DNA of 47,814 nucleotides from Microthyrium microscopicum (taxonomy: Eukaryota), in the NCBI GenBank assembly GCA_010405405.1, contig MU004238.1, positions 2,119,530 through 2,167,343 of the forward strand, in the 5' to 3' direction. The notes beneath the pieces were generated by a model, which saw only the letters and a list, made by a program, of their open reading frames with translations, did not search any database and had not been told where the DNA came from. The position numbers and the translations under genes are program-made. Shown here in pieces: positions 12,498-24,769 of this stretch; the first letter of the stretch is position 1; the number at the start of each line of letters is the position of its first letter.

Positions 12498-15400
12498 ATG
12501 CCACCAAGGCCAAAGAAGCCCGCACACGAAAGGAACACTGCCAACCACTCCCACTCCCTTGGCCTTGCTGCTCCCGGTCGCCGTATCCTCCGCTCAAAAT
12601 CAAGTCTCTCGGATCTCAACCGTCAACCTGCTTCCGCCAACACCACCTCCGCTGATACAAATGGGCTTCCGTACTCGTCTTGTCCTTCCGCCTTCCAAGA
12701 CTCCCCTTTTACGGGCCTAGACACTGATTCCTCGAGTTGCGCGCCGCTGGTCAATGAGACGACCGGCGACGCTGCTATCATGGGGTCTACGCAGTCTCAT
12801 CCTGTCTCGTGTCGAAGGAGAACTACTTCCGCCAGCTCAATCAACGATCTCGAGGCGCATGGTGCCGATAACCCATTTACCTACAGCCCAATGTCTTCTC
12901 TAAGCCTTGATACCTCGAATACCACCGTCAAACCTGCGAATCAACACAAGAGCAAGCTTGCTGTTGCTACCACCATCCTATCCGCTTGCCCATTGTGGGA
13001 TGTCATCGCTATCCTCATCATACTCCTCCAACTCCCCCCTACGGTTATCTCGGTTGTCCATGGCTTGTTCGCCATCATGACGTTTGTTCCTCCCTCGTCA
13101 ACCCTGTCTCTCGGAAACCTGCCGACATTTCATGAAATCGTCGCCGTGGATCCCGCCGGAACCCCTTCGTTGCAAACAATATTTCTGGTGGACGCCTTGT
13201 TGATGCTCTGTTTTGTCTGGCTGGCAGTCCCGGCGCAGAACATTATCCTGGATCTCGCCCAAGCTGTAATTGCCATTTCACTAGGCGGCGCTGCTGCTTC
13301 TCAAGGTCAATCTACACGAAGTGTAATATGCTGTCTCTCCATTATTTCCCTGTCGCATATTATGCACTGGAAATCGGCTCGACAATTTGGATTTCGGCTT
13401 GTTGCATCAACTTTGAAGTTCAACCTACCTGCGGAAACATCTGGCTCTTCTCTTTCGACGTATCCGGATAGGATACACACTTTTCCCGGAAAAGCCCGCA
13501 GTATTCTAGGCGCACATATTCTTGCTCAAGGTATTCTTAAAGGAGTCCGTAGATATATTTCCTGGACCAAAAATCAATCAGAATTACAGAGTTCCAAAAA
13601 GAACGACTCTGATCTTTTTGCTGGATCAACTGTCAGTACGCCTCGAACAACTTTTCCCCCCTCAGATTACAACACTGAACCTGGAATGAACGCGACTGGG
13701 GATGGCCGGCCTCCTGGTCCGTCACCGTCAGCCAGTGGCGCAAAAGAGAAAAATACAAGTGTGAAAAAGAAAAAGAAAAAACAAGCGACCCAAGTTCGTG
13801 TTCAGCAGCCGTTTTGGGCTGCCCTTGCAAGTACTAAAGTCACGGTTGCCAAAGAGTATGAACAGTCATTGGCATCTTTAGACGCGCAAGAGGCTCAAGC
13901 GGTTGATGTAACGAACTTAGGGGACGTTGATTTTGCGAATTCCAACAACAGAGTGTGGATATTAGAGGTTGGGGCGATGGATGTTTCTTTTGGCGTTTCT
14001 TTGCTACTTAACCAGACCGATGATGATGATGAGAATGAGATGGAACCAAAGAGATGGTTTGTGAGGGTGAATGGCGCTTCCTGGCATTCAATCAAGAGCA
14101 AGCTTGTGGAAAGAAGTGTGGTTGGTCTTGAAGTTCTGGAGACATGGGAAGCCAGGATCTATGGCTTGACCCCGTTATCTTCGTATCATTGCGAAGTTGT
14201 GGTGGATGCTGAGCATTCGGTGATTTTTGATACTAGTCTGATCACCCAGCCAGCACCATTCACGGAGACAGGTAAGCAGTTGTTCATCGCTAAAGGATTA
14301 CTATTGACACAAGATAGCGACGGTCATCTCATCTCCAACTCAAACTTTACAACCATCCTCTCCAACTACAACCTTGCGAAACTCTATTCATGCCGCGGAA
14401 ATGGACTCGGAAAAGCTCAAGAACAATTTTAGGGTTGCTCGAAAGCAGCACAAGTCCATGCTTGAGCGCTTGCAATCTCAAATTGATCGTGAAAAGTCTA
14501 AAGCCTCCAATACCGGTGGAACGGATGAACGCCAGAGGCAAAGAGCCAAACAGTTGGAGAACTCGATTGCAAAGATCAAGGCCGATCAAGAAGAAACTCA
14601 GCACGCCTTGAATGACATGGGTGATGTTCCCGTTTCAGAGAAGAAGACCTATGGGTCAGCCAAGGATGAAGCTAAGACTAGGCAAAGAAAGATGGATAGG
14701 CAGAAATCTTTGCTTGAAAAGTCGCGAAAAGAGTCGGACAAGAGAGTTGCCTCAGCCAAGGCTGAGATCGACGCTGCGTTGCACAAGCGCACAAGATTCG
14801 AAGCGCGCCAAAAAGAGTATGCCACCAAACTTTCAGATGCTTCCAAGAAAGCCGAGCACGCCGCCCAGGCCAAGTCAAACCGCGTCAATAGAAAACTTGA
14901 GAGTGCTGCAGCCCGGCGTGCTCAAGTAGTGCATTGGGAAGGCCTCAACGCAGAGCTCGACCGATTGATCGCAGAGGATCAAGCCAATTACGCAGCACTG
15001 CACCTGGAGTTCAAGCAGCTCGAAGAATGGACTCCAGCCCCAATCAATGGCTCTAACAATCCTGACCTGCCTGAAGGCGCTCTCCTTCCACCCTCTCTAG
15101 CTTCTGTCAATACAGGTCTTAGCTCCAATTCTCTACCCGGCACTCGTCCTTCCAGTCTCCACGTCTCCCACCCTGGCTTCTCGCCCTCCTTCACTTTCCC
15201 TCAACTCTCCTCTAGCCCCTCCACATTTTCCAGCAGTCTTCTCTCTGGCAATACCCGCCGCCGCGCTTCCTCCCTTGAAGCTTCTGGTCTTTCTGCCGCT
15301 GAGCCATCACCAGCCTACCACACGCCATTCTCCACTTCCGGTCTTGCTGCCCCGCCAGGCTTTGGTCACTTCTCGCCCACTAGCAGTGCGGCGCTTCTGG

Positions 15401-15645
15401 CCAACTCGACGGCACTTGCACCTGCTCCCGGTTTTAGCCCCTTGATGCACCATACCAAGCCGGTTGGTGCGGAGATGGATGGCAGTCGCCGCAAGGGCAG
15501 TAATGGGTCGGGACATAGCTTACGAGGCAGTGACAATGGCAGTCCGAAGATGGGAAATGGCACAGTTGGGAGTGGACTGCGTAATGGGCTGGTTAGTCCT
15601 CCTGCCAGTGCGATTTGGGAGGCTGATGGCCTGAGGGGTCTGTGA
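12498..15645 (+). CDS. acrB: Probable ubiquitination-network signalling protein AcrB; exons 12498-14271, 14318-15645 (~1033 aa)
   Basis: TM region CPLWDVIAILIILLQLPP, basic NLS, QQPFWAALASTKVTVAKEYE, fibronectin-like IYGLTPLSSYHCE. A 46-nt GTAAGC...TAG intron leads into PSSPTTTLRNSI and a long coiled coil, matching the architecture of A. nidulans AcrB as recalled. Confidence 0.85.
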
Positions 15646-16405
15646 AAGAGACTGGTTCCGATCAATGGTCTGGTTTTTGTAGCATGAATGAAATGTGCTG
15701 ATTTGTTCGATTTTATTTGTTTATCGTTGTCCGTGATATGTGACCGCATACAAGATATCTTTGCTTAACCTCAACCAATTGGTCCAATTTACGGCATGTT
15801 CGTTGAATGTATGCTTAAGTTCAACTCGTAAGGGGAGAAAATGTGCTAAGCTCCACTGGGCCATGATATGTCTTGGTATTTGATCTAACGGGCTGTTCAT
15901 TGGGTAAGCATTCCCGTAAGTTTGTGACTTTGCTTACGTAATGCCCATCCATGCCTTTAACTTCCTACCTCAATGCTTTGATGATTGATGTCATGACTTC
16001 TTACCAAACCTTTTCAGCACTTTAAAATGACGGACAAAACATTACGATCAAGTGTAATCAAGATCTACAAAGGTATCGATACTTGCTGTACTTGGTGATT
16101 TGACCTCTCGTCTCTAATCAGTGACCAGAGCTTCTCTTTCTCGGGCGTGAGTATCCTCAAGGCTATACATACTACCGAGATCGACTACATCGTGCGTTTT
16201 GGTCGCAGCGAGAGATCCAAGATGAAGAAAAGATCAAACAAGGTATCAAGCGTGCAGAGTTTGTCAAGAAAGAAATTGAAGCTTTGTAAGTTTCTAGACG
16301 CGAAGGCTTAACATGCCACTCACACTGTCAAAGATACTACTTGAAAAGATATCGAGCTTTAAGACAACGCTATGACAAGATCGATTGAGAAGACACAAAC
16401 GTTTA

Positions 16406-17893
16406 CTACTCCCCAAATGGCTTCAATTGCTTTCGGCCAACCCATGCGCCAATCTCAAGAGACTCACCAGCAGCACACCCATCCATGAGACTCACTGCCA
16501 GTTCATTCCGCCAACGTGTCCACTCTTCCTCACTTTTACCCGAGCTCTCTTGCAAAAAGGGTTGTATAGCATCAATCCATCCGAGTACTACTTCCAGCGC
16601 AATTGATCGCAGCGCCTTCTGCTCCTCCGTAGGGCCTTCGCCTGAATCCACGTCCCACGTCCAAGATGAAGAAAATGGTATCGCCACTCGCCGAAGCTCA
16701 GTATTCTCTGCGGGAATAAAAGGAAACCCCTCTCGATATATCAGCGCTCGCAGTGGATTTACAAGAATATGTTTTGCGGACAGAAGATTGGAAACATAAG
16801 TGTTTGCGTCGTTGATTTCCGATATCTGACTGGGAGCAAAGCGCGCATCGTTGCGCAAATATTGACATCCAAGCTCTCGAGCCGCTTGGTGCTCCTTTTC
16901 TTTGCCTGGCGATGCCTGGAGATGCTCATCGCGCACGACTCGTCGGATAGATAGATCTATCATTACCCATTCCAGAGTGCCACCTGGCTTGAGGGTCCGG
17001 ATCGTTTCTCCATAGAACCTGTTAAATTCCGGCATACTGTGCACGAGGAGGCAGTCTTTGCTAATGATGATATCAAACGACTCATCTGGAAATGGTAGCC
17101 ACTCTGTGATATCGTGCTGGATGAACGTCCAATCCACCCCGAATTGCTTCAAGTCCGGCGGCGCCCTAGCAATGTCGATACCAACAAATGCTGGAGGAGT
17201 AATCTTCAAATGATCACGGAAATACTCGTGGCACATCAAACTCCAGTGACCAGATCCACAGCCCAACTCCAGCACCTTCTTCGGCGGATTGTTCAGATCG
17301 ATAGTCGAGAATACTGGGCCTCCAAGAACGGCACTCGTCAACAAATTACTGAGCTGCTGTCTCTGCGTCTCCTGCAAATCACTCGGCATGAAATACTCCG
17401 AATCCTGCAAATACCACCGCCCATGGCGGAAGATATATCTCGGCTTTTCTCCTTTAACCGGAGCACTCACAACACCCTCGTAATCAACCAACTCATGCTT
17501 CTTGCTCAACACGCTTTCCTGCCGCTGACTACAAGTCTTGCGATGGTGCGGCCGAACTAAACCCTGAAACGGCGGCGACTGCACCAGATCAGAATCAGTA
17601 CGTGCCCGCCTGTCTGAAATATCTGGCCTCGTAAGCGAGCTCGCCCTGTTTTTGGCACCTGCGTTTGTAAGGATATCTCCTTGGTGTATGACGACGGGTA
17701 CAATGCGCTGTGAGCGTGGAGGCGGCACACTGCCGGACTTTCTGCGTGGTGTTGGGCTGTGGCTGCGGTGGCGCGGGAAGCGGAGGTCGTGGAGACGGTC
17801 GATTTGCTTTTCGAGGACGGGGAAGCGGAGGTCGTGGAGACGGTCGACTTGTTTCTCGAGGACGGGGAAGCGGTGGTGGGTGATGGCTGCCAT
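16406..17893 (-). CDS. Class I SAM-dependent methyltransferase (LaeA-like/Methyltransf_25 type), intronless, 495 aa
   Basis: YFMPSDLQETQRQ, motif I KVLELGCGSGHWS, FVGIDIA, FIQHDITEWLPFPDESFDII, RTLKPGGTLE. First ATG is at 17893 (the ORF track used GTG at 17902). Confidence 0.88.
   Translation of the reverse strand: MAAITHHRFPVLEKQVDRLHDLRFPVLEKQIDRLHDLRFPRHRSHSPTPRRKSGSVPPPRSQRIVPVVIHQGDILTNAGAKNRASSLTRPDISDRRARTDSDLVQSPPFQGLVRPHHRKTCSQRQESVLSKKHELVDYEGVVSAPVKGEKPRYIFRHGRWYLQDSEYFMPSDLQETQRQQLSNLLTSAVLGGPVFSTIDLNNPPKKVLELGCGSGHWSLMCHEYFRDHLKITPPAFVGIDIARAPPDLKQFGVDWTFIQHDITEWLPFPDESFDIIISKDCLLVHSMPEFNRFYGETIRTLKPGGTLEWVMIDLSIRRVVRDEHLQASPGKEKEHQAARELGCQYLRNDARFAPSQISEINDANTYVSNLLSAKHILVNPLRALIYREGFPFIPAENTELRRVAIPFSSSWTWDVDSGEGPTEEQKALRSIALEVVLGWIDAIQPFLQESSGKSEEEWTRWRNELAVSLMDGCAAGESLEIGAWVGRKQLKPFGE
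17775..17873 (-). repeat. 45-bp in-frame tandem duplication (~2.2 copies) at the methyltransferase N-terminus
   Basis: GGGAAGCGG recurs at 17775, 17820 and 17865. Peptide RFPVLEKQ(V/I)DRLHDL occurs twice. Confidence 0.95.
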
Positions 17894-19794
17894 TTGTTGC
17901 ACTGGTTTGGGGTATGTTGCTGCTTGGTACTGGCTTGGGGAAAGGTCGATGGGTTGATATGTTTGGCGTGGAGATGAGTATGGAGGAATGGATTTGATTG
18001 ATTGTTGAGGTTTGTGCTACTATATACTAAGAAGAAGAAGATACATGGCTTCCGCAATCTCTGAGAACTCTCTCCTTTCATTAAGGCTCTCCTTTTCTTG
18101 GTCCCAAGCTTCCCCTCTGGGACTTCATCGAAGTTTGGTTGAGCTAGGCTAACTCGCGGCTCGAACCGTTCCAGTCGCCGTAGTGAACCGTGTAAATTGT
18201 AAGTAGAGCAAGTCAAATCGCATCATCTTGAGAATTACTTTGTACTAATGCTTTCAAACTCGTATCTGACTGTTTTCAAGATGATGAAAGACTTCAGGGA
18301 GATCGTCAAACGTTATGCATTGGGTGCTATGTAGGTAGTTCAGGGAATTGATTCAAGAAGTCGACTCATCATGTGGTTGTTGAGCTGTCAGACACAACTT
18401 TGAAGCGCCAAAAGATATTGAGGCAAGATCAATACGAATACAATGAAAGGTAACCATCATCTTGGTAAAGATAGAGCTGTGGGTTTGGTGTTATGAACCT
18501 TGTGGCCGCTATGAGCCGTCATACAAAGTTCAACTGGGTAGAACTAGCTTAGGCCAGGCGTGCCAGGGTTCGTAAGGGTACCGAGAGAACCGACTTGAGA
18601 GATAACCGGTAGCTCAATATAGACATGTCCCAAGTCGCAGACACTGTCATTGCACATTTTCGGATATACGAATTGAAATGGCCGTCTTGTATAGAGACCA
18701 GGTCAGCAGATAGAAGCACCGTAAAAGGTAGGTCGCAAGTTTCAACAGCAAAACATGCAAGGGGTTCAAGATCACTAGGACACATCTGCACGTAAGCAAC
18801 CTTGGCAGCTCAAGAGTCAAGATTGACAGTAGCTGTGGGGATTGTGGTTGTAAACATTTAGTAAATAATCGATACATGTACCAAACGCTGTAAGCTGTAA
18901 ACGCGCAAGACAGTTGAGGCAAAGACAGGCAAATGATTGTTGTTTCAAAGCAATCACGTGTAGCCTTTGTATCGCCGGCTTAGAAAGGACTAGCGTTCTT
19001 GGCGTCAAACCCCAACCGCGCGTATGGGAGCTTGGCGACCTTCAGACAACAGCCAGACCAATGCTCCGCTCTCCAACCACCATCATCATCGCCAAACACT
19101 GCGTATTCACTGCTGGCAGCTGTTCGTTCCCATGTCATTCGCCCTTCCACCTTGGGCATATAGTCACCATCGCCTTCGACTCCTCCTTGCACGTCCATCT
19201 TTCTAGTACTACCAGCCGAAGGCCGCCCAGGCGCAAAGCCACACCCTCGTCGTCCCAATTCACGATCGCATAATCCTTCTCCATTGATTCCAGTCGCGTG
19301 CCTCTCAGCTTGTAAGAAGCCAGGCATCCTACTGTATCCTCCCAACCATAATCCTAATGTATTGAATCGCCAGTGTAGAGATAATCGTCCTCCAACCGCC
19401 CACCTTAAGCGCCAACCACCCCTCAGCGCCTGACGGTACCTAAGGCCGGTTCAATCGCCAAATCGAGCTTTCCAGAGGTAGACTTGAACAACGGGTACCT
19501 TGGATATTTTTAAAGACACAGCGCCATCTTACGTGCTTGCGAGTGTCTACCAAAAGACCGCGGTGACAGTTTTGCAAGGTGACTGCTATCCCAGTTACCA
19601 GCATTGCAAGACTTTGCGATTTTACATCCACCATCACAAACCCACGCCTTTGATGCCCTCTAACACTTACAACTTCCATGCTCCGCAAGAGAAAACATCG
19701 AGTGCGCCCAGAATCAAAACCGTAAACCCTCTCATCGACAATAATTATTCATCAATATCTGCTCCTCCACCCAACTATTTCGAAGCGCCATTGA

Positions 19795-22049
19795 ATGGCC
19801 GATGGTCCCTATCGGTTCCAGCAAGGGAACCAGCATTTCTATCAACCATTCAGTGCAAGAAATAGAAACCAACCTCGCGCTTCGTCCCCCCTCGGCGTCC
19901 GACTACCCTTCGAGACAGACTCCCCATCCCGCTCACCCGGACCACAGTCGCCGTCTAGGCAAGCTTTCGGCATGTACAATACCGGCTCACAACACATCCT
20001 CAATGGCGGACAGCGGGCGTTTGGGTTGCCCTTGAATTTGAATAAGTACCAACATCAAGGTCATCAAGGGCAGCATCAACATCAAGATCCCAATCAAGGG
20101 GGACACTCATATGCTCATCATCATCACACTCACTCGGGGGGTATGGCCAATGGTGCATCTCAATTTGGAGGTGGCAATCATCTGCAAAATGGTTCGCAGG
20201 GTCTAGGCTTTGGTAACATGTCAAAGCCCCCGAACGATCATTGGCAATTGCAGATGACAATGGCGCAGCAGGAGCGCGACTGGAGCTCAAGCAACGTTGG
20301 TCACGCATATGCGCGCTTGGCGCAAGGCTCGAGTAAGGATCTAGTCACAACCACGGCGAGCATGATGACTACGGATGGAGAAAAGGAGCAACGACAGCGC
20401 CCTGGTGATGACGATTCGACGTCAAAACCTAAAAATCAATCGTGGACAGAACTGGATCTTGGGGGTCAAACAATCCGATTCATTTCCCCTTCACTTTTCA
20501 ACTACCGCTTTCTCACCAAGCTCTACTTCAACAACAATAGACTCACATCAGTCCCCGGAGAAATTGGTCAACTCCGAACCCTCCGAAGCCTCGACTTGTC
20601 CATAAACGAACTGCGATCGCTCCCTTCACAGATTGGCATGCTTGTTAACCTTAAAGAATTACTGCTATTCGACAACAAGTTGCAAACGCTGCCATATGAG
20701 GTTGGAAATCTATATCAATGCGCTATATTGGGTCTGGAGGGCAATCCTTTGAACGATGAACTAAAGTCGATCATAATGGATTCGGGATCTCTTGAACTTA
20801 TCAAATATTTACGGGAGAGTGCACCCGGTAAGTCAAATCCAAGCCTCCTTTGAATAAAGTCTAATTTCTTGCAGACCCGGAACCACCCAATGATCGTGAT
20901 TGGCACGTTGTAGATGAGAGTCCCATTGTAGAAGCTGACAAGCTGACCCTCCTCACTTACAATACCTTGTGTCAACACTATTGCAATCCTGGACTTTACG
21001 GCTACACTCCACAACCTGCTTTGTCCTGGGATCACCGACGCGAAGTCATTATGGACGAGCTTCGAAACCGAAACGCCGACATCATGTGTCTTCAAGAGGT
21101 GGAACACGACGCTTTTGAGACGTATTTCCGCCCTACTCTAGCGCACATGGATTACAAAGGAGTGTTTTGGCCAAAAGGTCGCGCAAAAACCATGGGCCCT
21201 AATGAAGCTAAAATGGTGGACGGTTGCGCAACCTTCTACAAAAGCAGCAAATACATATTGCTCGACAAGCAGGTTATTGACCTTGCGGGTACAGCAATCA
21301 ATCGTCCCGATATGAAGGGCGAAGCGGACATTTACAATCGTGTCATGCCAAAAGACAATGTTGCAGTTGTAACTTTCTTCGAAAATCGAGTATCTGGAGC
21401 TCGTGTCATTGTGGCCAATGCACATCTTCATTGGGATGAAGAGTACAAGGATGTCAAGGTGGTTCAAGTCGCTGTGCTGCTGGAAGTCTTGACGAAACTT
21501 TCCACGACATACTCTTCGTGGCCACCACTCAAGGACAAGGAGAAGCAACCATTCCGCTTCAGTAATGGTGATCTACCAGATGGTGAAGAGCACGAGGTTA
21601 TTCAACCTGGTCCTTCTATGGCGTACACGGACCCCATCTCGATTCCGATGATACTCTGTGGTGATTTCAATTCGCTACCAGACTCTGGTCCAGTCGAGCT
21701 AATAAGGAATGGAAAACTGGCGCCAAATCATCCTGATCTTCAAAAACGAAAGTATGGAAAATTCACACGAGATGGCATGGACCATCCCTTCAACTTCAAA
21801 TCCGCATACAGCGAAATCAACGAGATGCCATTCACCAACTACGTTAGCAACTTTGAAGGCGTAGTGGACTACATATGGTATGCGCGCAACAGTCTCGGCA
21901 TACGCGGAATACTGGGCCAAGTGGATCCAGAGTATATCCGTCGAGTGCCTGGCTTCCCGAATATACACTTTCCATCTGATCATTTGGCGTTATTCGCAGA
22001 GTTTGGCATCAAAGCACGGCGCTTGGGGGTGAAGGACAAGGACAAATAG
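19795..22049 (+). CDS. CCR4: CCR4-NOT deadenylase subunit Ccr4; exons 19795-20827, 20875-22049 (735 aa)
   Basis: MADGPYRFQQ start, Q/H/G-rich region, leucine-rich repeats, a 47-nt GTAAGT...CTAAT...CAG intron, then the EEP nuclease domain (TYNTLC, DIMCLQEV, VDGCATFY, NAHLHWD, CGDFNS, FTNY, VDYIWY, FPSDH). Confidence 0.98.
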
Positions 22050-23273
22050 CTCGAAAACCGAAATACTCATTTCTAACACACTCTCTCTTCATGACACTTG
22101 CCAAGCAAAACTGTACGATTCTGCGGGTTGTTTATTACCGTCTATCAAATCTTCCGTAGTTTTTCTCGCTGCTCAACTGCTGGAGTTAAGGTCTAGGAGT
22201 TTGTTGTTGTTTTGGTGCTGCTATGTGAGGAAACAAACCATTATTGATATTGGGCCGAGAGACGGAGGGAACAATGTTCGTTTTTGCTTTTTTTCTTCTC
22301 CTTTCTTTCTTGTTGTTTTTGCAGATGCTTTCTGATCTGACCGGCCTGCTCCTATGTCTTCTCCTTGCTCCCGCGCTCATACACTCTCTGTTCGTTCAAT
22401 CAGATTGGAAGTGTTAGTTGCTCTTTTGGATCTTATCGAGCGGAATGAGACTTTGCTGTTTTCGGGCTGGCATAGAGGCGATTATTTGCAGTTCTGGTTA
22501 GTTTAAGGGGTTCGTGTGGGGTTGGACGGGCTGGCATTACTGTGAGTATCGATTGACACAGATCAACCAAATCAAATGAAAAGATCATTATCACTTTACT
22601 TCAGGGTTTCGTGTCATTGTGATATGCTCTGTTTTCCGGAGCGACATTGCGTTTTGCCGCGTGCTCACACTTTCGATGGTTCGGCGGATTCATTCCCTGT
22701 CTACATCTTACGTTCATGCGGCTTTCCTTTGAGGCGGCTACCATGACATAACTCTTCAATCTTCTAGCAGCTCCAGACCATGATGTTCGGATTTGGTGTC
22801 TTACATAACAAGTCTAAACAGCAAACCCACCCATAATATGTCTCCTCTGCACATCAGATTATCCGGAGAGACACGTAGCTTATGGGAGAGCTGAGCTTTG
22901 AATCCCAGAATTACTTCCTGTTTCCTCGTTGCTAATTCTACTGACTGTCTTGTTGTGCGGAACATTGCAGGTCTAGCGCATATGTCGATAAGCGATGTCT
23001 CATAAAGAGCGTTTGCAGACTCTAAGACATGCATGACGGCTTGATGGCTTTCTAGAGTCGTGAAGACTCGCCGCTTCATACCAGCACTTATATGTCGCCT
23101 TTGCCGCTTGATAGTCAAACCTGTCCATCATCAACACAACACTCGTTCACAGCACACGATTTCCATCTTTAGCAACATTTCGAACCTTACAAATCCCTGA
23201 CTGCATTGTCCAATACTTTTGGGACCGTTCGCATGTTCAAGATCACCCACACCATCGTTCCAATTCACCTCAC

Positions 23274-24086
23274 ATGGCCTCCACACATCTCACTAGCCCC
23301 GAGCAGCTCCGTCGCTTGCTTTTCAACCGCTACAATCACCAACAAACGTGCATCGGGCACGCACTGTCTCTCAGACGCCGATGTCAGGGCATCATCCCAG
23401 AATATGACCGACGATACTGTAGGAGTTTGTGCAATGACGGAGATATCGATTACGTCCAGGCCATGTTGGACGAACTCTTGGAAGCCGGATTGTGCGCCCG
23501 GCACAAGAAGCAGGCCGCTCGCATTTCGAACATACTGGACACATGTGATGGAGTATACGATGCGGATGCAAAGCCATCGATAGCCGACCGTAGATTCTTT
23601 GAGGAAGAGGAAGTCGGTGAGCGAGACAGTCTCGACTTGTGGGGTTTTCAGGTCAAACAAGAGGCGGACTCGCAATCTTACTATTCCGCAATGTCTTGTC
23701 CTCCAGTTGTCACCGCTGCCATAGATCTCCCCGAGGAGCAAGTCGTACCACTGCCCCATCTCACAATGCAGACCAACAAATCTACCAGTGTGTTACATTC
23801 GAACGATATCCCGTCAGCAGCATCGATGGGTTCAAACGCATGCCTTTCTCCACAACTCCAAGTGTCGTCTAATAACACCGGATCCGCCATTACACCACTG
23901 GCACATTACAGCACTACCGGAGCAGCGGGCCGTCGGCTTGTCCAAGCTGCGGCATCTGCCAGCGGTACACTACCAAGAGACGGAAACAAAGGACGATTAG
24001 ATACGGAGAGATGGACTGGAAGACGAAAGATACTGGGCGTAGTTGGCATCCTCATCTGCGGAGGATTTCTTATTTTGCACTGTTAG
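23274..24086 (+). CDS. Hypothetical protein with N-terminal Cys/His motif and C-terminal hydrophobic anchor
   Basis: 270-aa ATG ORF in a good context. TCIG-x7-RC...LCARH pattern, low-complexity middle, terminal RRKILGVVGILICGGFLILHC. Confidence 0.65.
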   Translation: MASTHLTSPEQLRRLLFNRYNHQQTCIGHALSLRRRCQGIIPEYDRRYCRSLCNDGDIDYVQAMLDELLEAGLCARHKKQAARISNILDTCDGVYDADAKPSIADRRFFEEEEVGERDSLDLWGFQVKQEADSQSYYSAMSCPPVVTAAIDLPEEQVVPLPHLTMQTNKSTSVLHSNDIPSAASMGSNACLSPQLQVSSNNTGSAITPLAHYSTTGAAGRRLVQAAASASGTLPRDGNKGRLDTERWTGRRKILGVVGILICGGFLILHC

Positions 24087-24769
24087 ACGTATCAAGTTCT
24101 GTGAGCCATCGAGTCGCGTGCGTCCCGTGAAGCGAGGTTGGTAATAAAAAATCTCTCGGTCTTTGTCTTCGCATTGAATCTTTTTCTTCTCAATATGGAT
24201 CTTTTCTCAGCTCTTTGATATGATGAAAGCACAAAGCTATTGTGGTAAAAGAAAACGCACTTGTACTTAGGAAATGAACATGCCTCACTGAATGTAGAAT
24301 GATAGAAAGATATATTCGGAGAGCAAATTCTACGGCTCCATACTTTTCATCTTTTCATGCACGTTACAGGCTCTCATCGATCTCATACATTTTTTAGAGA
24401 CTAGACTGTTATAGCAATGGCATTTACAAGATATGAGCTAGATGATGATGCTCGCACGTTCAGCAAATGCGCGAACACCCTACCTGCCTACCATAGCGTG
24501 GAGGGGAGGGTTTTGCAATTCATATTGCCATTATAACGATTCCTAAAATAGTACTTAGTACCTATTTTAGTCTAAGTACCTAGTATAATTATAAGATCTT
24601 AGCTAAGCTTCGCAACACTATTATATAATAAAAGAGATAGTTTAATTAATAATTTTTACTAGGAAAAAATCTTAAGATTCTCTTTTATAAACTATATTTT
24701 TATAGTTAAAATTAAGTAAAAGATAAATATAGTATTACTATATAAAAATAATTTAAGATATATTATTAC

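Noticed and set aside
12495..12500. TGA-ATG at the acrB start as stop-start translational coupling
   Set aside because: The upstream in-frame stretch (12432-12497) has no ATG.
2892..22049. BTB, ASF1, acrB, methyltransferase and CCR4 as a functional gene cluster
   Set aside because: Unrelated housekeeping functions with no shared motif seen; ordinary adjacency.
608..24000. Many short or antisense ORFs in the six-frame track (e.g. 712-1116, 9097-9723, 17557-18216, 23265-23759)
   Set aside because: Shadows of real genes or non-ATG starts, with no independent motifs.
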